DNA from: Cyanophora paradoxa CCMP329
Taxonomy: Eukaryota; Plantae; Glaucophyta
Reading direction: 5' to 3'
Assembly: GCA_004431415.1 (NCBI GenBank)
Contig: QPMI01000340.1
Location: 1 to 50,523, forward strand
DNA: 50,523 nucleotides
The notes beneath the pieces are model-generated. The model made no database searches, was not told where the DNA came from, and was given only the letters and a program-made list of their open reading frames with translations. Shown here piece after piece: positions 11,338 through 20,932 of this stretch (positions within the stretch are counted from its first letter, which is position 1; the number at the start of each line of letters is the position of its first letter). Both the position numbers and the translations under genes were made by a program.

Positions 11338-13678
11338 CTATTCAGTCCAAGGCGCCATCCTGGAAGCATGAACCATAATGCGAGATTTCAATTTAGGCGC
11401 ATCGCGAGCCTTAGGTCCAGCATACTCCACAAGGAAAGTTACACCTTTTCCATGAGAAACTTCTTTCAAGATAATCCAAGGCCCAGTATAGCGAGGGGAC
11501 AACTTGTCAGAGCGACGAGTCGATGGGATCCAAACTTTCACAAATTCTCCAGGGAGGTACAACTGCTTAAGATTCGTTTGAGTAGCCAAATAGTCATTCT
11601 TAACTCCTTGGATGTCCGAATAAATCCGCGAAAATCTGCGAGCCAACTGCTGCGGGTATGAACCAGCATCAGTAGGATCCAGAACAAGTTCAGGAGTCAC
11701 CAACAAATCGGTCGGCAACACACAAGGCCGTCCATAAACCATTTCGAAAGGAGTATTACCAGTCGAAGGGTTTTTATAGTTGCGCACAGCGAGAAGTGCG
11801 AAAGGTAAATGTTTGTCCCAAGTCTTGGGATTGTCCTCAATGTAAAAACGAAGTCGAGTGACCAAAATGTCGTTGAATTTCTCGACTGCACCCTGAGACT
11901 GCGGGTGATAGGCGGAAGACCTAATAGGCTTTATTTTAAAGAGCCGCTCCAACTCGGCAAGTAAGAAATTGCTAAATTCACCGCCTTGATCAGACGAAAT
12001 TTTTACCGGTACTCCGTGCAACGGGATCCAGTGATCAAATAACGCTCGAATAACAGAATGCGCAGATTTGGTTCGAGCGGGAACCGCATGACTCCAACGA
12101 GTGAAAACATCGGTAATCGTAATCAAATATTCGTTTCCAGCTGAAGTTCTAGGAAGCGGACCAACGATATCAATTTCGATGTGTTGCATAGGTCCGTCGG
12201 AATGGATCTGAAATTGCGGAACATCTTTCGGTTGCTTCGATACCTTGATGCGCTGACAATCGGCGCACCGAGAAACCAAATCAACTACGTCGGCGAACAT
12301 GTTCCGCCAATAATAACGCCGCTTAATGTGATCGAACATTTTTCCAATTCCAGGGTGTCCAAGAGAACGATGAACTGTACTAAGAACTGTTTCGCGCAAA
12401 TGCTCCGGTACGCAAATACGCGTAAGTGCACCAACTGCACGCTGATGAACCAGTACGCCATCGCGAAGAGCAAACTTGTTTGTTTTCAAGAGGCGCTCGG
12501 CCTCCTTGTTGGGTCCAAGGGGCTCGACAGTAATGTCGGCCTCCAAATATTTGATCATGTCCGATAAAATAACATCTTTTAATTGCTCAAGTCTTATCTG
12601 AGCCGGCGATAAACTCAACTGTATTTCTACTGCGTCCAAAAATGCGGATAAAGTGGGCGAAGTCACCTCCATCGCCTCTAGAGATTGTACGGTCGTCCGC
12701 ACAAGTCTGGACAGAGCGTCGGCATCGGCATTTGCCTTGCCGGGCTTGTACTCCAAATCAAAATCAAATTGCTGCATGCCCAAAATCCATCGAGTAATTC
12801 TAGCATTCGGCAAATTCTTGGCCGATTTCAAATATTGAAGAGCTGAGTGATCAGACTTGATCACAAACTTCTGGCCACGAAGATAGTGGGGGAACTTCTT
12901 GGTTACAGCCCACCAGATCGCATACAACTCCTGCTCCGTGACAGTCCATTTTTGCTGCTCCTCAGTAAGTGGTTCAGCTGCATACTCAATAACAATTTCT
13001 CGACTCCAATTCTTCTCCGCAGATGTAAACTTGTGGGAGGCAAAAGAAACAAACTTTTCATTTCCATCCTTATCCAATTGAGAAAGCACCGCCCCTACTC
13101 CAACTTTTGAGGCGTCGGTCTTCAGAATGAAAGGCTTGCTGAAGTCAGGAAGTGCCAAAATAGGCGCTGAACACAATAACTCTTTAAGTCTCCGAAATGC
13201 CAAATCTTCTCGAGGACCCCAATAAAAGGGAGATCCTTTGGAGCACAAATCATGTAAAGGAGCTGCAATCAATGCACAGCTCATAATGAAAATTCGATAA
13301 TATCCTACCATACCTAGAAAAGTGCGAACTTCTGATACAGATCTCGGTGTGGGAAATTTCCTAACTGCTTCTACTTTTGCTGGAGAAGGCTTGATTCCAG
13401 TTCTAGTAACTGTAAAGCCAAGGTATTCCAGTTCTGCCTTGAAGAATTTTGATTTCTTGGGCTTAAAGAACAAGTTAGCCCGTCTCATAGCTTCAAATAC
13501 CCACTGAAGATCAGCAAGGTGCTGCTTCAGGGATTTCGAAAAGACACATATATCATCAAGGTAGACCAGAACAAAGATATATAAATAAGTCCCTAATACT
13601 GAATTCATCATAGTTTGAAACGTCGCCGGGGCTGTCTTCAATCCTTGGGGCATCACATTCCATTCAAACAACCCAAGA
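11338..13678 (-). pseudogene. pol: pol C-terminal half (RT, RNase H, integrase), inverted
   Basis: YLDD; TDAS; integrase zinc finger H-x3-GH...CADC; DIVGPL, SDQG and PQSQGAVE; KLSPRYTGPW (GPY/F-like). The frame is uninterrupted. The first ~25 codons of the listed ORF are SatB. Confidence 0.95.
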
Positions 13679-13906
13679 GTGCATCTTTGTTCTTTTTTCT
13701 GGCAGATTGGAACCCTGGGGCCTTTGACTGAGTGACTTGCTGGTGGGTGGGTCATCTGCCTAAGGCTAGCGCCTTGTGCATATTCCCCCAGACAGATTTG
13801 GGGTGCATCTTTCTTCTATTTTCAGGCAGATTGGAAACCTGGGGCCTTCGACTGAGTGACTTGCTGGTGGGTGGGTCATCTGCCTAAGGCTAGCGCCTTG
13901 TGCATA
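13679..13906 (+). repeat. ~2 SatB monomers
   Basis: Match the 124-bp consensus of the right-hand array in the same orientation. Confidence 0.93.
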
Positions 13907-14194
13907 GGGTTTGACTAGGCTAGGCTAGCGCTAGCTGCCACGCTTTGATATATTTCTAGCCAGAACGTGTACGCCAGAGCCAGCCTGGCAAATCTTTGGT
14001 GGCGATCTGGCTCTAGATCTCTAGTTCTGCTAGCTGGGCGAGAACTGGGCTAGCCATGGCTCTCTAGCAGTCGGGCTGAGAAGTGTGTGGGGATCCGTAA
14101 TGACGCCCTCCGCCTGCGTACGCATATACGTATATATACGTAAACTGGTACGCTAGTCCGGTGCGCGGCTCCAATCGTCACTTTTGGCTCCCGG

Positions 14195-14318
14195 CCCAAA
14201 TACTCGGTGGGGGTCCCACTTGGAAGGGCAGAGCCTCTTAGAGGGCCACTGCTGGGCAGGTTGCACCTGCCTAAGGCTAGCGCCTTGTGCTCGTTCCCCC
14301 TGGAAAGTTTTTGTGTGC
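14195..14318 (-). repeat. Partial inverted SatA monomer
   Basis: GGGGTCCCACTTGGAAGGGCAGAGCC...CCTAAGGCTAGCGCCTTGTGC. Confidence 0.9.
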
Positions 14319-14749
14319 TCTGTAATTAAAGAAGTACCCGAAGGGGCCGCACGCTCCATCTAGCACGAGCCTGCTCCCAGGTGGGAAGAAATTTCAGGAC
14401 GAAGCGGCGCAGTGTCTTCCGTTCTGTGCAGCTGGAGACCCGTTTGTTGCCGAGCATTCCCTTTTGTTGCCGAAATTGCGAAACTTACGAGAATCTGCTT
14501 TTGTCAGTTTCGCTTAGGTCACGCAACCAGTTCCGGGGCAGATCGATCTGCTGACCATGATATCGATTATGACTACGGCGAAAGGGCAATGAGAAGTGAG
14601 CTGCGCGACAACTCGGCTGTCAGTCAAGGTACAAGCTCTCAGTCGCAACAAGGTACAATCGCGACAACTGAGTAAGACAAGGTACAAGCTCTCGGTCGCA
14701 ACAAAGTACAGAGGAAGTAATTTAAATACCGAATCCACCGAAGAAGCCG

Positions 14750-15622
14750 ATGAACCGAAGGCGAATTTTTTTGTACTGTGTCGGATTAAGCTGCGCCTTA
14801 CTTTCAATTTCTGTCCTGCAAAAAAAAGAGAGTTGCGAGCCGCTTCAGACCACTTCGTTGTGGGAACCAACTCAAAGCTGCTGTGGTGTCGCCGTCCTAG
14901 TTGAAACCCGACATTCAGGACACTTTTTCGCCGTTGTTCATAATTTCAATCGCAAACTGCCAGCTTGTTGGTGTATCCAGCTTTTCTATCCTTCCGATTC
15001 CATCCCATTTCTCCGTAAATCTTTCCGAGAGCAAATTCACATGGGAAGAATTGTTTTGTCTGAAATAAATGCCACGTTTTTGCCGATGAGCATCGCAAAC
15101 TACAATTTTTACATGACGTCGTATGAGTTTTGGATGTCTTGCATCCACGACAGAGTTCTCATATTTCAGCTCGATTCATTTTTGTGTGAGTCTTCATCGC
15201 AGTCAATCGATGACTGGACTCTGTTCGATCTGGTTGGCGCTCCATGGCGACTTCCTGTTGCTCACCCAGTCGTCGGCAATGGAGGTCTATCTTACCGCAA
15301 CCGAAGTTTTATGATACGAATTCTTGATGAATTTGGGGAGCACTTCTCGGATGAAGCAAAGTTTAGAAATGCGACGAAGCGTTATGCCACATGGAGATCA
15401 GCACGTGGAATGAGTGTTACTGTCACGGAAGCAAATGAGGATGCATGTTTCGCTTTTGCATGCCATGCATTAGGTTGCAGAATGCCGTCAGTTGAATTAG
15501 CAAGACAGTTCGCAGTCGAAACCTTTTTTCACCCGCGTCCCTTAGGAATACACAAGTACTGGGCATATCAAACTGGTCAGGAACTGAACACGCTTAAAGA
15601 GTTTTGTATGGATCCATTTTAA
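14750..15622 (+). CDS. DUF5672-family putative glycosyltransferase with N-terminal signal anchor (290 aa)
   Basis: Basic residues then a hydrophobic N-terminus. Motifs VLIFQLDS, DLVGAPW, VGNGGLSYRN, NEDACF, ARQFAVET and LGIHKYW. Paralog at 36466-37299. Confidence 0.85.
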   Translation: MNRRRIFLYCVGLSCALLSISVLQKKESCEPLQTTSLWEPTQSCCGVAVLVETRHSGHFFAVVHNFNRKLPACWCIQLFYPSDSIPFLRKSFREQIHMGRIVLSEINATFLPMSIANYNFYMTSYEFWMSCIHDRVLIFQLDSFLCESSSQSIDDWTLFDLVGAPWRLPVAHPVVGNGGLSYRNRSFMIRILDEFGEHFSDEAKFRNATKRYATWRSARGMSVTVTEANEDACFAFACHALGCRMPSVELARQFAVETFFHPRPLGIHKYWAYQTGQELNTLKEFCMDPF

Positions 15623-15737
15623 AAAAACTGTCGTATGTCGATGTAACTAACCTGCATGCATGCATGCATGCAAAAATGAACGAAAAACTCGGTTACTAAC
15701 CTGCATGCATGCTTCGTTTGATTCTCAAGGGCACTGT

Positions 15738-16071
15738 AGGGGCAGGGGCCGCTTGCTTTCTCAAGAGCACTCTGAAAGGATTGCATGTCAAAGGGAGTTT
15801 CTTTTTCTTGTTTCCAGTTTGTGGTCCTGGCTCCCCATCACCCCCCCAAAATCTTACCGGGGGCCCCATCCACACAGACCAGGGGGCAGGGGCCGCTTGC
15901 CTACTCCAGGACACTCTGACAGAATTGCATGACAAGCGGAGTTTCTTTTTCTTGTTTCTAGTTTGTGGTCCTTGCTACCCCATCCACACAAAACAGGGGG
16001 CAGGGGCCGCTTGCCTACTCAAGAGCACTCTGATAGGATTGCATGACAAGCGGAGTTTCTTTTTCTTGTTT
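15738..16071. repeat. Three-copy local tandem repeat (spacing ~144 and ~114 bp)
   Basis: GGGGCAGGGGCCGCTTGC...CACTCTGA...ATTGCATG...GGAGTTTCTTTTTCTTGTTT at ~15740, ~15884 and ~15998. Confidence 0.88.
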
Positions 16072-16402
16072 AGTTCACGAATCTTTGTGTCAACCACTTG
16101 GCTGCAGATACTAAATGTTTTACTGACTTCAACTTTTATAGTTTCATTGACAAGCTCACGCCTAGTGCACGCCTGCCTAGTGAATCATTGATTTCCAAGG
16201 GAATCCCAGTGGGGTAGGGTGCACCTGCCTTAGGCTAGCACCGTGCGCAGTCTCCCCAGAAAGAGATTGTGGGCACGTTGACTTAATTTGGGGGGCCCCA
16301 GTGAACAAATGATGTCAGAGGGAGTATCAGCGGTATGGGGTGCACCCTGGTGGGGTGGGAAACAAACAATAAACAAGGAGAAATAAATTTCAAGAAAGAG
16401 AA

Positions 16403-17248
16403 TCAGTCAATGATTGCAGTGATATGTACACAAAATTCTTTTACCATCACTTCCTCGATCCGGTACTGGACACTGTTAAATCCATCAATTTCCATCTTCT
16501 CTCGAATTCTACCAAGCAATTCGAATCTATCTTCAGCAACTTGATTGGTTCCTGGATGTGCAAGGTCAGCATACTCCCCTTCACAATGTGGATTTAAACG
16601 TTTAACAGGAAGCTTCTTGACCGAGAACCGTCCTCCAAAGTCATCATCCTCGCCACCCCAACCCCAGTAGGAGTTGGAATGTCCGTTGACCAAAGTATAA
16701 TCCTTGATTGAAACAAGAAAAACGCCACCAGAATAAGATTCATATGGTAGCTTGTAATTGAACTTCTGTACACAGCTTGCAAGGTGGATAGGCTGATCGG
16801 AGAACAAGTACGTATTGTTGCGTCGAGTTGGCAGTAAATCGACATCATGCAATGCAACGTAATCAAAGTGAGACCGCGTTACGTTAACACCGACGTTGAA
16901 CAGTTTTCCCCTATTGAACTTTCTATTTCCATTTTGCTCGATCAAAAAGATTTGAAAGTTCACTTTCTGCATAACAAGCCAGTGATGCATGTAGAAAGTG
17001 AACACGGAAGCCTGAGCATCTCTCGCACGGACAGGCACAATGACTGCTAGCTTATGTTCCATGTGCGGGTTACAAACCACGATAGGTAGTTGAGGAACGG
17101 CATCGACGCTCTCAACGATAACATGGCACGAACTGGAAGGGGCTTGAAAAGAAGGCGTAGTTAGAGAGCTTGAGAAATCCGAATGCAACAAGGAGCCTAA
17201 CACGATAGCGTTCAAGACAAGCGCACCTAATAAGTAAGCAAGTTTCAT
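16403..17248 (-). CDS. GT7-family beta-1,4-galactosyltransferase-like type II membrane protein (likely start MKLAYLL)
   Basis: KLAVIVPVR, FNRGKLFNVG, HDVDLLP (DxD), GGV, NGHSNSYWGWGGEDDD and DGFNSVQY are hallmark GT7 motifs. N-terminal transmembrane segment. Confidence 0.93.
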   Translation of the reverse strand: MKLAYLLGALVLNAIVLGSLLHSDFSSSLTTPSFQAPSSSCHVIVESVDAVPQLPIVVCNPHMEHKLAVIVPVRARDAQASVFTFYMHHWLVMQKVNFQIFLIEQNGNRKFNRGKLFNVGVNVTRSHFDYVALHDVDLLPTRRNNTYLFSDQPIHLASCVQKFNYKLPYESYSGGVFLVSIKDYTLVNGHSNSYWGWGGEDDDFGGRFSVKKLPVKRLNPHCEGEYADLAHPGTNQVAEDRFELLGRIREKMEIDGFNSVQYRIEEVMVKEFCVHITAIID

Positions 17249-17419
17249 TTTAGGATGGTACAGGCTTTCAACCTGGTCACCTGGTCGGTGGGATGAAAGC
17301 AAAGGGCGCCCAGCTGGAGACCTGCATGTAGCTCAGCCATTCCGAATGGGACGCCCAGGGAGTGTTTCAGGATTTGAAGGTTTGAGCTCCACGCTGGCCC
17401 CGACATCCTGTCCTAGTAC

Positions 17420-17843
17420 CCCTGCTAAGCGCATCAAGTTATCGAAGAAGTCGCAGCAGATTCCGCAATTCGAAATCCATGCCGACGGACCTATGAAGCA
17501 TATTGAAATTGATATTGTTGGTCCGCTTCCGAAGACTTCTACTGGGAATCAATATTACAATCACGGATGTTTTCACTCGTTGGAGTCATGCAGTTGCAGC
17601 TCGAACCAAGTCAGCGCATTATGTTATTCGAGCTCTATTTGATCACTGGATCCCGTTGCACGGATTGCCGGTGAAGATTTCATCTGATCAAGATGGTGAA
17701 TTTGATAGTTTTCCATTTTTCGAGCTTGAGCGGCTCTTTAAAATAAACATGTTCTCTCTTCGTCATACCACCCGCAATCTTAGGGTGCGGTCGAAAAAAT
17801 TCATTGATGTTCTCGTCACTCGACTGCGTTTGTATATTGAGGA
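17420..17843 (+). pseudogene. Degenerate gypsy integrase core fragment (family 1)
   Basis: PQFEIHADGPMKHIEIDIVGPLP and DHWIPLHG...SSDQ, interrupted by frameshifts. Confidence 0.88.
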
Positions 17844-18290
17844 CCGCGATCACCGCCACCAGAATAATTTCCAAAATCACGAGAATCGCGCTGGGAATAA
17901 TTGCCATTCCCACGACCGCGACCTTCAAAATTTCCACGATTAAAATTGCCAAAGTGCCAAAGTGGCCTCTCTCGAACTGTCCAAAACTTGTTGAAACAAG
18001 CACTCCCCGGGACGAGTCCCCTTTTCCACTCGAAATTTGAGAATGTGAAGCACGCAAATGCGGTTGACCATCCAGCGCACTGCCTGGGATTGTATCCAAA
18101 GAATCAATTCTACAACTACTAGCATCTTTCTTTGCATTGGCAACGATAGGGAAATTGGTTGATTGGGAAATAGTGGATGGTGAAAGGGAAGAAGAAGAGA
18201 GATGATCAGAACAACTGCTGACTTGCTTCGAAGTTCGTCAAAGGAATTCATTCAAAGATATTACAGGAATAAAATTTGCGTGAAGGGAAA
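17844..18290 (-). pseudogene. Scrambled gag-tail and pol N-terminus fragment (family 1b)
   Basis: GQPHLR...SSGKGDSSRGVLVSTSFGQFERGHFGT matches the 8563 ORF. It is fused to sequence matching ~8295-8405 (gag). Confidence 0.85.
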
Positions 18291-18292
18291 GA

Positions 18293-18750
18293 TTGTTTTT
18301 GTGTGCACCTGACTTCCTGCTGTTGGCCCAACGGGAATTCAAACTGACCAGGGCTGAGAAGGAGTGAACCCCACCACTGAGTGAAGGAGTGAAATTAAGC
18401 AACACAGTCCCAGAGCTCTTGGTCTTCTCCACTCAGCCATTCGGAATGGGACTCCCACTGAGTTTTAAGGGATTTGAATGTTTCCTGGGTTCACTCCTTA
18501 GCGATGGTCAGTTTGAATTCCCGTCGGGCCCACAACAGGAAGTCAGGTGCACACAAAAACTTTCCAGGGGGAACATGCACAAGGTGCTAGCCTTTGGCAG
18601 GTGCACCCCGCCCAGCAGAGACCCTGTAAGAGGCTCTGCCCTTCCAAGCGGGATTCTCGCCGACTGTTTCAGGACTTGAATGTTTCCTGGGTTCACTCCT
18701 CAGCCTGGTCAGATTGAATTCGCGTCCGGCCCACAACAGGAAGTCAGGTG
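18293..18750. repeat. SatA fragments in both orientations
   Basis: Inverted at ~18293-18370 and forward at ~18432-18750; diverged. Confidence 0.88.
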
Positions 18751-19222
18751 CCTCTCGAGCAGTCCAATGAAAATGAGAACTCTTGGCGCAAAGATCATAG
18801 AGTGGCGCCGCAAGAACTGCATATAAAGGTACAAAGATTCTATAATATCCAGTCATGCCGAGAAAAGTCCTAACTTCTGATACAGATTTGGGGGTCGCAA
18901 ATTTGCGAGCTGCCTCCATCTTTGTGGCAGAGGTCTTGATGCCCTGTCTAGTAACCACAAATCCAAGATACTCCAATTCAGCCTTGAAGAATTTCGACTT
19001 CTTGGTCTTAAAGAAGATGTTTGCCCATCTCATAGCACCAAAGACCCACTGAAGGTCTGCCAAGTGCTGTTTCAGATATTTCGAAAATACACATATATCA
19101 TCCAAATATACCAATAAATAAGTTCCAAGAACGCTGTTTATCATCATCTGAAAAGTGGCCGGGGCTGTCTTCAAGCCCAAGTCCAAGGGGAGACCGAAAA
19201 GCAGTCTTCTCCTTGTCCTCCT
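18751..19222 (-). pseudogene. RT fragment close to the intact element (family 1a)
   Basis: TAPATFQMM..VYLDDICVFSK..RTFLGMTGYYRIFVPLYAVLAAPLYDLCAKSSHFHWTARE is nearly identical to the 31592 ORF, with small deletions. Confidence 0.9.
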
Positions 19223-19400
19223 CGTACAGGGCCTCTGCTGGGCAGGGTGCACCTGCGTAAGGCTAGCGCCTTGTGCACGTTCTCCCTGGAAAGTTTTTGT
19301 GTCCACCTGACCTTGCTGTTGTGGGCCCAAGGGGAATTCAAACTGACCAGGGCTAAGAGGGAGTGAACCCAGGAAACATTCCAGTCCCCAAACACTCGGC
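19223..19400 (-). repeat. Inverted SatA monomer
   Basis: Reverse complement of the consensus. Confidence 0.9.
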
Positions 19401-19652
19401 GTAACAAGTTAACACGCTAACAGCACAAGATGCATATATCAACACAACCACACACACTCCAAACACACCAGATCCCCACAACAAACCCGAACAGCTTCTG
19501 CCCCGCCCTCTCTAAGCCTCTGATTCCCCTGCTACCCTATCAACTCCCTCTCCACTTAAGAGAGGTGCCACGTAGGGCCACATGCGATCCACATGTGTAA
19601 TAAAGGAAACTTGGGCTGTTCTGAATCCCAACGAAGATAGTTCACAGCCGAC

Positions 19653-20932
19653 ATCCCCGGAGAGATTTGGAAAGCATCCATCTTCTATTTTATGACAGAT
19701 CAGAAACCTGGGGCCTCCGACTGGGTGACTTGCTGGAGGGTGGGTCATCTACCTAAGGCTAGCGCCTTGTGCATATTCCCCCAGAGAGATTTGGGGTGCA
19801 TCCTTCTTCTATTTTGTGGCAGATCGGAAACCTGGGGACTTTGACTGAGTGGCTTGCTGGTGGGTGTGTCATCTGCCTAAGGCTATGGACTGATGCATAT
19901 CCCCCCAGAGAGATTTGGGGTGCATCATTCTTCTATTTTGCCACAGATCAGAAACCTGGGGCGTTCGACTGAGTGACTTGCTGGTGGGTGGGTCATCTGC
20001 CTAAGGCTAGCACCTTGTGCATATCCCCCCAGAGAGATTTGGGGTGCATCTTTCTTTCTTTTTGTGGCAGATCAGAAACCTGGGGCCTTTGACTGAGTGA
20101 CTTGCTGTTGAGTGGGTCATCTGCCTAATGCTAGCGCCTGATGCATATCCCCCCAGAGATTTGGGGTGCATCTTTCTTCTTTTTTGCCACAGATCGGAAA
20201 TCTGGGGCCTCCGACTGAGTGATTTGCTGGTGGGTGGGTTCATCTTCCTAAGGCTAGCGCCTTGTGCATATTCCCCCCCAGGGAGATTTGGGGTGCTTCT
20301 TTCTTGTAGTTTCTGGCGACTTGCTAGCGCCTTGTTCATATTCCCGCAGAGAAATTTGGGGTGCATTTGTCTTCAATTTTGTGGTGGATCGGAAACCTGC
20401 GGCCTTTGACTGATTGCCTTGCTGGTGGGTGGGTTCATCTTCCTAAGGCTAGCGCCTTGTGCATATTCCCCCGGAGAGATTTGGGAAGCATCCATCGTAT
20501 ATTTTTTGACAGATCAGAAACCTGGGGCCTCCGACTGAGTGACTTGCTGGTGGGTGGGTCATCTTCCCAAGGCTAGCGCCTTGTGCATATTCCCCCAGAG
20601 AGATTTGGGGTGCATCTTTCTTCTATTTTGTGGCAGACCGGAAACCTGGGGCCTTCGACTGAGTGACTTGCTGGTGGGTGGGTCATCTGCCAAAGGCTAG
20701 TGCCCTGTGCATATTCCCCCAGAGAGATTTGGGGTGCATCTTTCTTCTATTTTGTGGCGGATCGGAAACCGGAGGCGTTTGACTGAGTGACTTGCTGGTG
20801 GGTTGGTCATCTTCCTAAGGCTAGCGCCTTGTGCATATTCCACCACAGAGATTTGAAATGCATCTTTCTTCTATTTTGTGGCAGATCGGAAACCTGGGGC
20901 CTTCGACTGAGTGGCTGGCTGGTGGGTGGGTC
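19653..20932 (+). repeat. Internal block of ~10 diverged SatB monomers
   Basis: ~124-bp period of GGAAACCTGGGGCC..GACTGAGTGACTTGCTGG, with more substitutions than the main array. Confidence 0.95.

Noticed and set aside
15709-16191. 160-aa ORF
   Set aside because: It is a translation of the local three-copy repeat.
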